NCBI GenBank assembly: GCA_050257635.1
Contig: JBLMXG010000023.1
Location: 4,350-68,349 of the forward strand
Direction of reading: 5' to 3'
Length of the DNA stretch: 64,000 bases
From: Chloroflexota bacterium
GTDB lineage: Bacteria > Desulfobacterota > Binatia > UBA9968
In this document: piece after piece, positions 19,742 through 28,614 of the stretch
How the letters are laid out: each line of letters begins with the position of its first letter
Position numbering within the stretch: position 1 is the stretch's first letter
Notes under the pieces: generated by a model
Seen by the model: the letters and a program-made list of their open reading frames with translations, nothing else
What the model was told of the DNA's origin: nothing
Databases searched by the model: none
Made by a program: the position numbers and the translations under genes

Positions 19742-21009
19742 CCGCTCAACTCTTCGATGATAGGGCTTTTCCTTCCGCGCGCCGCTCGTTCCTCTGGCGG
19801 CCTGACGTGGCGAAACATCAGAAAAAATGCCACGTCGTTGATCAATTGTAACCCGCCGCCGATGAACAAGGGAAGGGTCAACGACACCGTTTGCATGAGA
19901 TAGGTGGAAATGGTCGGGCTGATGCCGAAAGGCACGATGCGCGCCAAACTGGTGACGCCGGCGGCAGAGCCGCGCTCGCTGGACTTGACCATCGCCATGA
20001 TAAACGATGCGCGCAAGGGATTGTCCATATAGGCGAAAAAGGAGCGAACGATCAACAAACTGGCACCCAAAGCCAAAGTCGGCGCCAACGGCAGAGTCAA
20101 ATAGAGCAGCGAAGCCAGAGCATGGGAAAACGCCATGGTTCTCACTACGCCGAGCCTGCGCGCGACGATCGGCGCGCTGAGGAACGACAGGGCGGCGAGA
20201 AAATATGACGCAAAGAAAATCACCCCGAGCGACTTAAGCTCCACGCCGAAGCGAAGATAGAACCAGTAGGGCACCAAGGCTCCAGCCATGCCGGCGCCGA
20301 AATTGTCGACCACCGCCAGCAGTGACATTTTGGTCACGAAGCTGCCAGTCGCGGTGGAAATTTTTCTTTCGATGTGGCGCGGTTGGTGTTCCTCGGTGAT
20401 CGAACCGTAAACGAACAACAAGACAATGCTGAATAGAATAGTCAAGCCAAACAGCGGCTTGTAGGATGCCACGGCGTTCCAGCCCCAGCTTTCTTGCAGA
20501 TATTGGGGCAGGCCGCTCACCAGCGCGCCCAGGGAGCCCATGATCGAGCCCGCGCAGAAGTTCAGCGCGTAAATCTGATTGCGATCCTCGGGGATGCATT
20601 TTTCCGCCAGCAAGGCCTCTTCGACGGGATTGAACGGACCGCCGCCGGAACCGCCGCCGCCGCTGCCACCGGCGCCGACGTTGGCAACGATCACCGCGAG
20701 AAAAATAAAAATCAGACTGCTAAAAAATATGTAAATTGCATTCGATGCGATGGTCAGCACGGCGAGCAGCATGAGGATTTTTCTGCGGCCGTAGCGATCC
20801 GACAGATAACCCCAGACCGCGGTCAGCAGAGCGCCGCTCAGATAGGCTACGGTAAAAACGATGCCGATGGTGACCGTGGAGTAACCGAGGTTGCTCAAGT
20901 AAATCGCGAAGACGACGTTCAGGTAGGAAAAAGCGAAGGCGCGGATGCCGCGCGACGCCATCAGCAGTTTGGCGTCGTGGTGAAGGCTTCGCAGTGTATT
21001 CATAGTCAA
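19738..21009 (-). CDS. MFS transporter (tandem paralog B)
   Basis: 12-TM-like hydrophobicity, MFS motif A GYLSDRYGRRKILML, central Gly-rich loop GGSGGGGSGGG. Start is TTG at 21009 or ATG at 21003, within 2 nt of the upstream stop. Confidence 0.8.
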   Translation of the reverse strand: MTMNTLRSLHHDAKLLMASRGIRAFAFSYLNVVFAIYLSNLGYSTVTIGIVFTVAYLSGALLTAVWGYLSDRYGRRKILMLLAVLTIASNAIYIFFSSLIFIFLAVIVANVGAGGSGGGGSGGGPFNPVEEALLAEKCIPEDRNQIYALNFCAGSIMGSLGALVSGLPQYLQESWGWNAVASYKPLFGLTILFSIVLLFVYGSITEEHQPRHIERKISTATGSFVTKMSLLAVVDNFGAGMAGALVPYWFYLRFGVELKSLGVIFFASYFLAALSFLSAPIVARRLGVVRTMAFSHALASLLYLTLPLAPTLALGASLLIVRSFFAYMDNPLRASFIMAMVKSSERGSAAGVTSLARIVPFGISPTISTYLMQTVSLTLPLFIGGGLQLINDVAFFLMFRHVRPPEERAARGRKSPIIEELSG

Positions 21010-22271
21010 GCGGGTGCGGGGTTCGCAATTGCGGTCTGTTCTTCCGGCGGCTTGATGTTGCGGAATATGAAGTAAAAACTGAAGTCATTGATCAGTTGCA
21101 GAAAGCCTCCCGAAAAGATCGGCACGTTCACTGAGAAGGACTGCATCAAATAGGCTGCTATCGTCGGACTCACCGCGACCGGCACCTGGCGCGATAGCGT
21201 TGTGATTCCAGCCGCTGAGCCCCGATCCTCGGGATTGACGACACCCATGATAAATGAACTTCGCAAAGGGTTGTCCATGTAGGCTAGAAAAGAGCGGGAT
21301 ATGGTGATGGCCGCAGCCACCGCAAATGTCGGGGCGAGAGGTAGTACGATATTCAAGACCGACGCCATGCCATGCGAGACGGCCATGGTTTTGACCACGC
21401 CGAAACGGCGCGCAATCGCAGGCGCGATCAAGAACGAAGACGCGGCGAGAATGTAAGAAAGAAAAAACGTGAAGCCGAGGGATTTCAATTCCATGCCGAA
21501 GCGCAGAAAAAACCAGTAAGACATCAAGGGGCTGACGAGCCCTGCGCCAAAATTATCGACTACGCCGAGCATGGCGAGCTTGGTGACGATGCCGAAGCGC
21601 TGAGTCGGTCGAGGGGAGTGCTTCTCGGCAGGTCGTTTTTGCCGCGGCACGTGGTGCTCGTCGATGCTCGCGTAGGCGAAGATGATCCCGATGCTGAACA
21701 ATACCGTCATGGCAAACAGTGGCTTGTACGACGTGACGGTTTGCCATCCGTAGCTCTGTTGTAAATATTGCGGCAGGCCGCTGACCAGGGCGCCGAGCGA
21801 GCCCATGATCGACCCGACGCACGCGTTCGTCGCGAAAATCCAGTTTCGATTTTCCGGCGTGCATTTTTCCGCCAGCAGGGCTTGTTCGACGGGGTTGAAC
21901 GGCCCGCCGCCTTGTCCGCCCGCCCCGGAGCTACCGACGCCGACCGCGGCGATACTTTCCGCGATCAAAATAAAAACGAGATGGCTAAACAATAGATAGA
22001 GAAGATTGGAAATAATCGTCAGCACAGCCAGAAGGATCAGAATGTTTTTGCGTCCATAACGGTCAGCCAAGTATCCCCACACCGCGGTAAGCAGCGCGCT
22101 GGTGGCATAACCGGTGGAAAAAACCAGACCGACAGTGACCGTGGAATAGCCCAGTTGAGCGAGATAGATCGCGAAGACGATGCTCAGATACGAAAATGCA
22201 AAAGCGCGGACGCCGCGCGAGGCCATCAACACCAGTATATCCCGTTGCAAATTTCTCTTGCCGAAAGTCAT
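21006..22271 (-). CDS. MFS transporter (tandem paralog A)
   Basis: Collinear homolog of 19738-21009 (LMASRGVRAFAFSYLSIVFAIYLAQLGYSTVTVG..., GYLADRYGRKNILIL). Its ATG overlaps the DUF1152 stop (ATGA). Confidence 0.8.
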   Translation of the reverse strand: MTFGKRNLQRDILVLMASRGVRAFAFSYLSIVFAIYLAQLGYSTVTVGLVFSTGYATSALLTAVWGYLADRYGRKNILILLAVLTIISNLLYLLFSHLVFILIAESIAAVGVGSSGAGGQGGGPFNPVEQALLAEKCTPENRNWIFATNACVGSIMGSLGALVSGLPQYLQQSYGWQTVTSYKPLFAMTVLFSIGIIFAYASIDEHHVPRQKRPAEKHSPRPTQRFGIVTKLAMLGVVDNFGAGLVSPLMSYWFFLRFGMELKSLGFTFFLSYILAASSFLIAPAIARRFGVVKTMAVSHGMASVLNIVLPLAPTFAVAAAITISRSFLAYMDNPLRSSFIMGVVNPEDRGSAAGITTLSRQVPVAVSPTIAAYLMQSFSVNVPIFSGGFLQLINDFSFYFIFRNIKPPEEQTAIANPAPA

Positions 22272-23233
22272 TGGCCGGCCGCCCCTTTGCGAGATTTTTC
22301 TCGTTCAAGATCGAGCTCAGATTTGATGCCAAGCACGCCCAGAGAGGCGTTCGCTTGTTCCAAACTGGTGCTCGCTCGAACCGCCTGCGCCGGCTTTGAC
22401 AGTGTTTCGAGTAACACCGTGGCCGACAGAAAGAACGTCAGAGCGGTGAGAGGTGTGAGTTTAACGCTTCTTTCGCCGCTGCGGATCCTGGTTTCACCCC
22501 ATGCGCCGTGAAAGCATTTGAGTGGAATCTGGCTAGCTTCGGTAGGCACGTGTTTAATCACCTCCTGCAGTTCCGCGGCAATTTTCGGCGTCAATGAACA
22601 AGCGCCGAGCCAGCCGCCGCCGGCGGCGATTTTGTTCAAAGCCATGTCTATTTCATCAATACTCAGCTCGCCGTCACTGCCGTATCCGAAAACTCCCCAA
22701 AGTACACGGTGGCCGCGCTTTTCTAACTCCACATAGGCTGCGAGCATGATCGAATCCGCCAACGGGCTGCGCAGGCCGGGTTCGTGACCCTGCGCGAGCG
22801 AGTCGCCGCCGACATCGAGCCCGACAAGCAAATCCGTTTGGAGCTCCTTAATTGCCGCTTCCATACCCGCCACTACGCCTTGTACGCCGCCGTTGATATC
22901 GATCAACAGGATCTCGGTGCCGAGCACCTCGGCCATCCTGGCTTCGGCGAATGGAACGCCGGTTGCGGTTTGGCTGGCAGCGCTGGCCATCCAGGCGCGC
23001 GGGTGCAGAGCGCGCACGTTTATTACCTCGTCGAAGTTGCGCGGTCCGGGAATCGGATCGTAGATCAGACGCTCCCAGGAAAGGCCGCCTAGAGTGCATC
23101 GCAAGCCGCAGAATTCGAGAAATCTTGCGGCAGCGAGAGCGCCCACCACATCGCCGCCGCCGCCCACGCCGATCACCAAGGCGTGCGACGAAGCGCGAAG
23201 GATGTCTTCGAGTGAAGGCGGCACTGCGCTCAT
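22268..23233 (-). CDS. DUF1152-family protein
   Basis: LVIGVGGGGDVVGA glycine motif characteristic of DUF1152. Internal Met 60 (MSAVPPSLED) taken as start because its ATG forms an ATGA overlap with the stop of the upstream VOC gene; the longer track ORF would overlap that gene by 180 nt. Confidence 0.55.
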   Translation of the reverse strand: MSAVPPSLEDILRASSHALVIGVGGGGDVVGALAAARFLEFCGLRCTLGGLSWERLIYDPIPGPRNFDEVINVRALHPRAWMASAASQTATGVPFAEARMAEVLGTEILLIDINGGVQGVVAGMEAAIKELQTDLLVGLDVGGDSLAQGHEPGLRSPLADSIMLAAYVELEKRGHRVLWGVFGYGSDGELSIDEIDMALNKIAAGGGWLGACSLTPKIAAELQEVIKHVPTEASQIPLKCFHGAWGETRIRSGERSVKLTPLTALTFFLSATVLLETLSKPAQAVRASTSLEQANASLGVLGIKSELDLEREKSRKGAAGQ

Positions 23234-23784
23234 CGGGGCAAGTGAGTATCCTGTCCCGGCACTGGATTGGCAATCGCTTCTTCCAAGGATTTTACGCCGT
23301 GCCACTCGTTCGATGGGCGGACTCGGCCATCGGAGCCGACTTGATCCACGCCCCAATAAATCTCCAGAGAATGATTGTCCGGATCGCGAAACTCGACGGC
23401 GATCTGGCAACCGGCGCGCCGCCGCCCTTCAAAATCGATCTTGGCGTTGAATTGGCGCAGCCGATCGCGCGCTCGCAGGACTTCGCCCAGCGTCGGCACT
23501 TCGAAGGCGAGATGGTGCAATTCGCGATTGCGATTTTGGCCGTCACCGGCGCCGACGAGAGCCAGACAATGATGATCGGTATGGCAGCGCAAAAACACCA
23601 TGCCGCCGGGCATCATCGCTTCGGGATAGACATCGGAGACCTTGAAGCCCAAAACCTTCGTGTAGAACTCCGTCGATCGTTCGAGGTCGGTAACTTGCAG
23701 GACGACGTGGCCGACCTTGCGGATGTGAAACCCCATGCCCTGCGGCGGTGTCATACTCTTGAGCTTTTCAATATCGACGGCCAT
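23230..23784 (-). CDS. VOC-family (glyoxalase/extradiol-dioxygenase fold) protein, paralog 2
   Basis: KVGHVVLQVTDLERSTEFYTKVLGF ... HHLAFEV. GGAGGA lies 6 nt before the ATG at 23784. Confidence 0.75.
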   Translation of the reverse strand: MAVDIEKLKSMTPPQGMGFHIRKVGHVVLQVTDLERSTEFYTKVLGFKVSDVYPEAMMPGGMVFLRCHTDHHCLALVGAGDGQNRNRELHHLAFEVPTLGEVLRARDRLRQFNAKIDFEGRRRAGCQIAVEFRDPDNHSLEIYWGVDQVGSDGRVRPSNEWHGVKSLEEAIANPVPGQDTHLPR

Positions 23785-23842
23785 AAAAGTTCCTCCGTGG
23801 GTTAAGCCCGCAAGAATCCCAGCGCGTGGAGCCAGCAGAACA

Positions 23843-24637
23843 TCAGCTTGGCGATCCCGGCATGAGGTTATGGGCGCTCAGAAAATCGATGACGAAGGCG
23901 TCGAAGCCGGCAGGATCTTCGATATTGCAGGCATGGCCGGTCTTGGGCAAGATTCGATGCACTGCGCCAGGAATCAGCGAAACCGTTTTCTTCCCCCCGG
24001 CCAGAGAGTTGTCGTACTCGCCGTTGATCACCAACGTCGGCACTTTCATCGTACCTAGCCGCCGTGTCATATCGAGCCCGCCGCGGGCGCGAAAAATCTG
24101 GCCGATGGATTCGCCCGAGAGCGAGGGATCTCTTTCGACGAACATGTGGAGCAGATATTTGCCCAATTTCGTTTCGGCAAAGTCGGGCGCGACCAGTTCG
24201 CGCAGATGCTGCAGGTGATACTTTTCGATTCCGATCCGGGTATAACCGTGGATGCGGCTATCGATGGAGCCGCCCGGTCCGCTGCTGCCGCCCACCAGGA
24301 TAATCGCCTTGAACAGCTCAGGATGATCTAAGCCCAACAAGATTGCCATACCCGAGCCGACGCTGACGCCGGCGAGAATCGCTTCGCGCACACCTTCGTC
24401 GCGACACACGCCCAGCACGTCGTTGGCCATATCGTTGAGGGTAAACGGCGTTTCGGGTTTATCCGAGCGGCCGTATCCGCGGATATCGACGGCGATCACT
24501 TTGAAGTAGGTCGAAAAATGAGCGATCTGATACATCCACAGATTATGGTCGAACGGGTTCGCGTGGACCATGATGAAGGGCAAGCCCTCGCCGGAGACTT
24601 CGTAGTAGATTTTTATGCCGTTGGCCGTGCTGTACAT
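23843..24637 (-). CDS. Alpha/beta-fold hydrolase
   Basis: Nucleophile elbow GVSVGSG, HANPFDHNLW oxyanion region, 264 aa. Confidence 0.8.
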   Translation of the reverse strand: MYSTANGIKIYYEVSGEGLPFIMVHANPFDHNLWMYQIAHFSTYFKVIAVDIRGYGRSDKPETPFTLNDMANDVLGVCRDEGVREAILAGVSVGSGMAILLGLDHPELFKAIILVGGSSGPGGSIDSRIHGYTRIGIEKYHLQHLRELVAPDFAETKLGKYLLHMFVERDPSLSGESIGQIFRARGGLDMTRRLGTMKVPTLVINGEYDNSLAGGKKTVSLIPGAVHRILPKTGHACNIEDPAGFDAFVIDFLSAHNLMPGSPS

Positions 24638-24769
24638 TTTATCGAAGTTTTACGTTCAAAACGTTCAAGCCGCTCAACCTCTGCGCTCCGTTCAAATCGT
24701 CAGAAGCCGTTGTGTTCCATCTCTCCGACGTTTTAAACGAAATGAACATTTTGTACGGCTTGAGCGAGT

Positions 24770-25474
24770 TCAGCTGGGTTTGCGCGGCCGCTCTTGCTTG
24801 ATCTTTTCTTTGACCTCGTCGAGCTTCATCACGTCCGAATACTTGTGATGCAGATCGAAGAGATTCACTTTGTGCGACAGCGGGCTGCGATCGAAGACGC
24901 ACTCTTCGGCGATCGACACGTGGTAGCCGAGCGAGTAGGCATCGACGCAACTGGCGCGCACGCAGCCGCTGGTGCTTTCGCCGCAGACGATCAGGCTGTC
25001 GACGCCCAACTGGGTCAGGTGGGCGACCAGCGGCGTGCCGAAAAATCCGCTCGCTCTTTCCTTGAAAATGACCACGTCGCCTGGCTGTGGTTTGAACTCT
25101 TCCTTGATCTCAAAGGCCTGCGGATCGATCTTCACGCGCTGGCGATTGGTGGCGTAAATCGCGTCCGGCTTGGCTTCCGGGCGGGTTTCCGTGGTGGTGT
25201 AAAAAATCGGCAGCTTCAGCGACCGCGCGAGGGCGAAAAGCTCTTGGGTCGGTTTGATCGCATTGTGGGCGTAAACGCCGCAGGAGCTTTTGTAAGTGTC
25301 GACCAGCTCGTGCGGTTCTTTGGCACCGCCTTCATAGGCGAGGTTGTAAAGGTCAATAGCCAACAGAGCCGGCCGCTGGCCGATGTAGGTGTCGCGGTGG
25401 TAGGGGACGTAGGTTTTTAAAATCTCGGGCGTGACGACATCCTTCCAACAATGGTCTTCGAAGTCTGAGGCCAT
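24770..25474 (-). CDS. Isochorismatase-family (cysteine hydrolase) protein
   Basis: PALLAIDLYN ... VVIFKERASGFFGTPLVAHLTQLGVDSLIVCGESTSGCVRAS, the catalytic Cys in the conserved isochorismatase/CSHase context. Confidence 0.75.
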   Translation of the reverse strand: MASDFEDHCWKDVVTPEILKTYVPYHRDTYIGQRPALLAIDLYNLAYEGGAKEPHELVDTYKSSCGVYAHNAIKPTQELFALARSLKLPIFYTTTETRPEAKPDAIYATNRQRVKIDPQAFEIKEEFKPQPGDVVIFKERASGFFGTPLVAHLTQLGVDSLIVCGESTSGCVRASCVDAYSLGYHVSIAEECVFDRSPLSHKVNLFDLHHKYSDVMKLDEVKEKIKQERPRKPS

Positions 25475-25708
25475 AACGATTCTCCTTACGATTTGAAAAT
25501 AGCGCGGCGTGCTCGCCGACGAACATCTTTCATCTACCCGGTAGCGGAATGGGTTGTCAAGGAAACCGCAAGGAGTCGATCGGAGGCTGGAGCACAGTTA
25601 AAAGCCACCTGTTGGCGGGTTCAAAGCTGTTCACGCGCCGCCCAGGTTTGCACCGCCATCCAATATCCGTTACTTTCAAAACGATCCGTAAACACCGCGG
25701 TTACAACC

Positions 25709-26992
25709 TTGGAACCACGCAGCCCATCCGCAATTCCATCCGGCCCAACTGGCGTCAGTCGGAAAGTCGCTTTCGCGGCGCTCCAGCATCACGATTTCCG
25801 CTGGTTTTTTTTCACCACTATGTTCGCCATGATGGCGGATAACATCGAGCATGTGATCTCTTACTGGATGCTCTTTCAAAAATTCCATTCGCCGGTGCTG
25901 GCCGGCTTCGCGGTGATCAGCCATTGGACGCCGTTTCTGCTGCTCTCGGTTTATTTCGGCGGCTTGGCGGACCGCTACGATTGCCGCAAACTGATTCAAG
26001 TCGCCCAGGTGATGTATATGGGCGTGTCGTTCGCCTGGGCCGTCTTATTTCTCACCGACACCATCGAAGTCTGGCATGCCTGCGTGCTGCTGGTGGTTCA
26101 TGGCGTCGCCGGAGTGTTTTGGACGCCCGCCGAGCAGCTGATCATTCATGACATCGCCGGTTCCGACGATCTGCCGAGCGCCGTGCGGCTCAATGCCACG
26201 AGCCGGCAATTGGGCATTCTTTTCGGCCCGGCGGTGGGCGGCGGACTCATGCTATGGTTCGGCGCGTCGGCCGGGCTTTTCACTAACGCGTTGATCTATT
26301 TGCCGCTGACGATCTGGCTGATGATCGTTCCCTATACAGGCCATACGCGCGAAGGCGCGCCACCGCGCCGGGCGCTGCGCTGGCGCGATGCGCTGGATGT
26401 GATCGGTGAGGTCGCCCACAACCGTCCGGTGATTACGATGGTCGTGTTGGGGGGAGCGGCATCATTGTTCGTCGGCAACGCCTTCCAGGCCAACATGCCG
26501 GAGTTCGCCCACGATCTTGGCACCGAGAAAGCCGATTTCGCCTACAGCGCGCTGCTCGCTGCCAACGCGGCGGGCTCGGTGTTTGGCGGCTTCGTGCTCG
26601 ACGGTAAAGCCTGGTTACCCCCGACGGTAAAGTCGTCGATCGGGTGCGCAATTCTTTGGTGCGTGGCAATGACCGCCTTTGCCTTTTCAAACAGCTATCC
26701 GCTGTCGTTGATTATTTTGTTCGCCGCCGGGGCGTTGAATTTATCCTTCTATTCGATCGCGCAGACGATTGTTCAATTGGAAGCGCCGGTGGCGTTGCGC
26801 GGCCGGCTGATCGGACTGTTTTCCATGTCCGCTTACGGGTTGCGCGCGTTCAGCGGTTTGACGGTCGGCGTGGTCGGTGGCCTGATCGGGATCCACTGGT
26901 CATTGGCGCTGAGCTCGATGATTTTGCTCGCGGTAACGGTCCTCCTGCTTGCCTTCGCATCTCAAGAGCAACGCGGCGAAGAGCTCGGCTGA
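25709..26992 (+). CDS. MFS transporter, MFS_3 / EntS-like (transmembrane secretion effector) family, tandem paralog 1
   Basis: Homologous throughout to 27199-28509 (DNIEHVISYWMLFQKFHSPVLAGFAVISHWTPFLL...). The track ORF (25493) carries an Arg-rich 95-aa extension absent from the paralog; TTG at 25709 is proposed as start but is uncertain. Confidence 0.7.
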   Translation: MEPRSPSAIPSGPTGVSRKVAFAALQHHDFRWFFFTTMFAMMADNIEHVISYWMLFQKFHSPVLAGFAVISHWTPFLLLSVYFGGLADRYDCRKLIQVAQVMYMGVSFAWAVLFLTDTIEVWHACVLLVVHGVAGVFWTPAEQLIIHDIAGSDDLPSAVRLNATSRQLGILFGPAVGGGLMLWFGASAGLFTNALIYLPLTIWLMIVPYTGHTREGAPPRRALRWRDALDVIGEVAHNRPVITMVVLGGAASLFVGNAFQANMPEFAHDLGTEKADFAYSALLAANAAGSVFGGFVLDGKAWLPPTVKSSIGCAILWCVAMTAFAFSNSYPLSLIILFAAGALNLSFYSIAQTIVQLEAPVALRGRLIGLFSMSAYGLRAFSGLTVGVVGGLIGIHWSLALSSMILLAVTVLLLAFASQEQRGEELG

Positions 26993-27198
26993 ATAACCCT
27001 TAAAAAAGAGAAATTAAAAAATTTTCACAGCAGAAATCCGCGCCGGCCTGGCGATTACTTCAGCGGTGCGACGTTTTGCATTCCCGTGGCATTTCCGCAT
27101 CCTTCGCGGCCCAGTTGAAATTAACTCCTTACGCGGTGGACATGACCGCGCGCCGCTCGCCGTTTGTGCTCGCCCCCATAATTGGTTAGTGTCGCCGA

Positions 27199-28509
27199 TT
27201 GATTCCAGCGAGTTTGGAGACGATCTTGGCTTCGAGTGATATTCGCGTCAAAACCGCCGGCGCTGCATCAAACAAGAATATCGCCTTTGCGGCGCTGCAC
27301 CATCGCGACTATCGCCGCTATTTTCTGGTCAACCTGTTTTCCACCATGGGCGATAACATCGAGCATGTGATCAGCTATTGGATGCTCTATCAAAAATTCC
27401 ATTCGCCGGTGTTGGCCGGCTTCGCCGTGATCAGCCATTGGACGCCATTCCTATTTTTTGCGGTCTATTTCGGCGCGCTGGCCGACCGCCACGATTGCCG
27501 GCGCGTGATTCAAACCGCGCAGTGCCTGTACGCGGCGGTCTCGCTTACTTGGGCGATTTTATTTTTGACCGGCACGATTCAACTTTGGCATGCTTGCGTG
27601 TTGCTGGTGATTCACGGTATGGCCGGCGTCCTGGGAAGTCCGGCGAGCCAGCTCATCATTCACGACATCGTCGGCCGTGAGTATTTGCAGAGCGCGGTGC
27701 GGCTCAATTCCACCGGACGCCAACTGGGCGTCTTGCTCGGACCGGGAGTCGGCGGGGCTACTATGCTTCTGTTCGGTCCGTCGATGGGGCTGTTCATCAA
27801 CGTGCTGATGTTTCTGCCGATGGTTTTTTTTATGGCTATGTTGCCGTACAGCGGCCATGGGCGCGAGACCGGCGTGAGCGCCAGGACGGCGCGCTTCAGC
27901 CTCGCCAGTACGTTCCGGCTCTTGCGCGAGACTTCTTCCAATCCGACGATTCTATCGATGATTCTGCTCGGCGGCGCCACGTCGCTGCTGGTCGGCAATG
28001 CCTTTCAAGCGCAGATGCCGGAGTTTGCTCACGAGTACGGCCACGACAAGCAGGACCTGGCTTACAGCGTTCTGCTCGCGGCCAACGCTGCGGGCGCGGT
28101 GGTCGGCGGCATCTTGCTCGAAGGCAGAGGCTTGCTCCAGGCGAACGCGCGCAACGCCTCAATCTGTTCGATCCTGTGGTGTCTGGCGATCATCGGCTTC
28201 GCCGCGTCACCCAGTTACCACTTATCGGTCGTCCTGCTTTTCTGCGCCGGGCTATTGAATCTGGCATTCCTGTCGATGGCGCAGACGCTGGTGCAGTTGC
28301 AGGCGCCGGCACAGCTGCGCGGCCGTCTGATCGGCTTGTTCAACACGTCGAATAATGGTCTGCGCGCTTTCAGCGGGGTAACCGTCGGCGTGGCCGGCGG
28401 CCTGATCGGCGTCCATTGGTCGCTGGCGCTCAGCGCGATGATCTTGTTAGCGGTTACGGTGGCGCTGTTCGCTTTGATTATTCCCGGGCGGAGCGAAGAA
28501 ATTGGCTGA
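27199..28509 (+). CDS. MFS transporter, MFS_3 / EntS-like family, tandem paralog 2
   Basis: 436 aa, 12 predicted hydrophobic segments, GDNIEHVISYWMLYQKFHSPVLAGFAVISHWTPF. Confidence 0.75.
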   Translation: MIPASLETILASSDIRVKTAGAASNKNIAFAALHHRDYRRYFLVNLFSTMGDNIEHVISYWMLYQKFHSPVLAGFAVISHWTPFLFFAVYFGALADRHDCRRVIQTAQCLYAAVSLTWAILFLTGTIQLWHACVLLVIHGMAGVLGSPASQLIIHDIVGREYLQSAVRLNSTGRQLGVLLGPGVGGATMLLFGPSMGLFINVLMFLPMVFFMAMLPYSGHGRETGVSARTARFSLASTFRLLRETSSNPTILSMILLGGATSLLVGNAFQAQMPEFAHEYGHDKQDLAYSVLLAANAAGAVVGGILLEGRGLLQANARNASICSILWCLAIIGFAASPSYHLSVVLLFCAGLLNLAFLSMAQTLVQLQAPAQLRGRLIGLFNTSNNGLRAFSGVTVGVAGGLIGVHWSLALSAMILLAVTVALFALIIPGRSEEIG

Positions 28510-28614
28510 GCGATAGAATTTTGCGATCTTTTACGCGCGCACTCCGGCCTGGTGAATTTGGGTCGCTAACTTGCGACGCTTTGCGTCTCCGTCGCCTAGC
28601 CGAGCAGCGGCGGG

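Noticed and set aside
25493-25708. Arg-rich 72-aa N-terminal extension of the first MFS_3 gene (MKIARRARRRTSF...).
   Set aside because: It is absent from the tandem paralog and from the family, and has non-membrane, low-complexity composition. It is more likely upstream noncoding sequence read through in frame.
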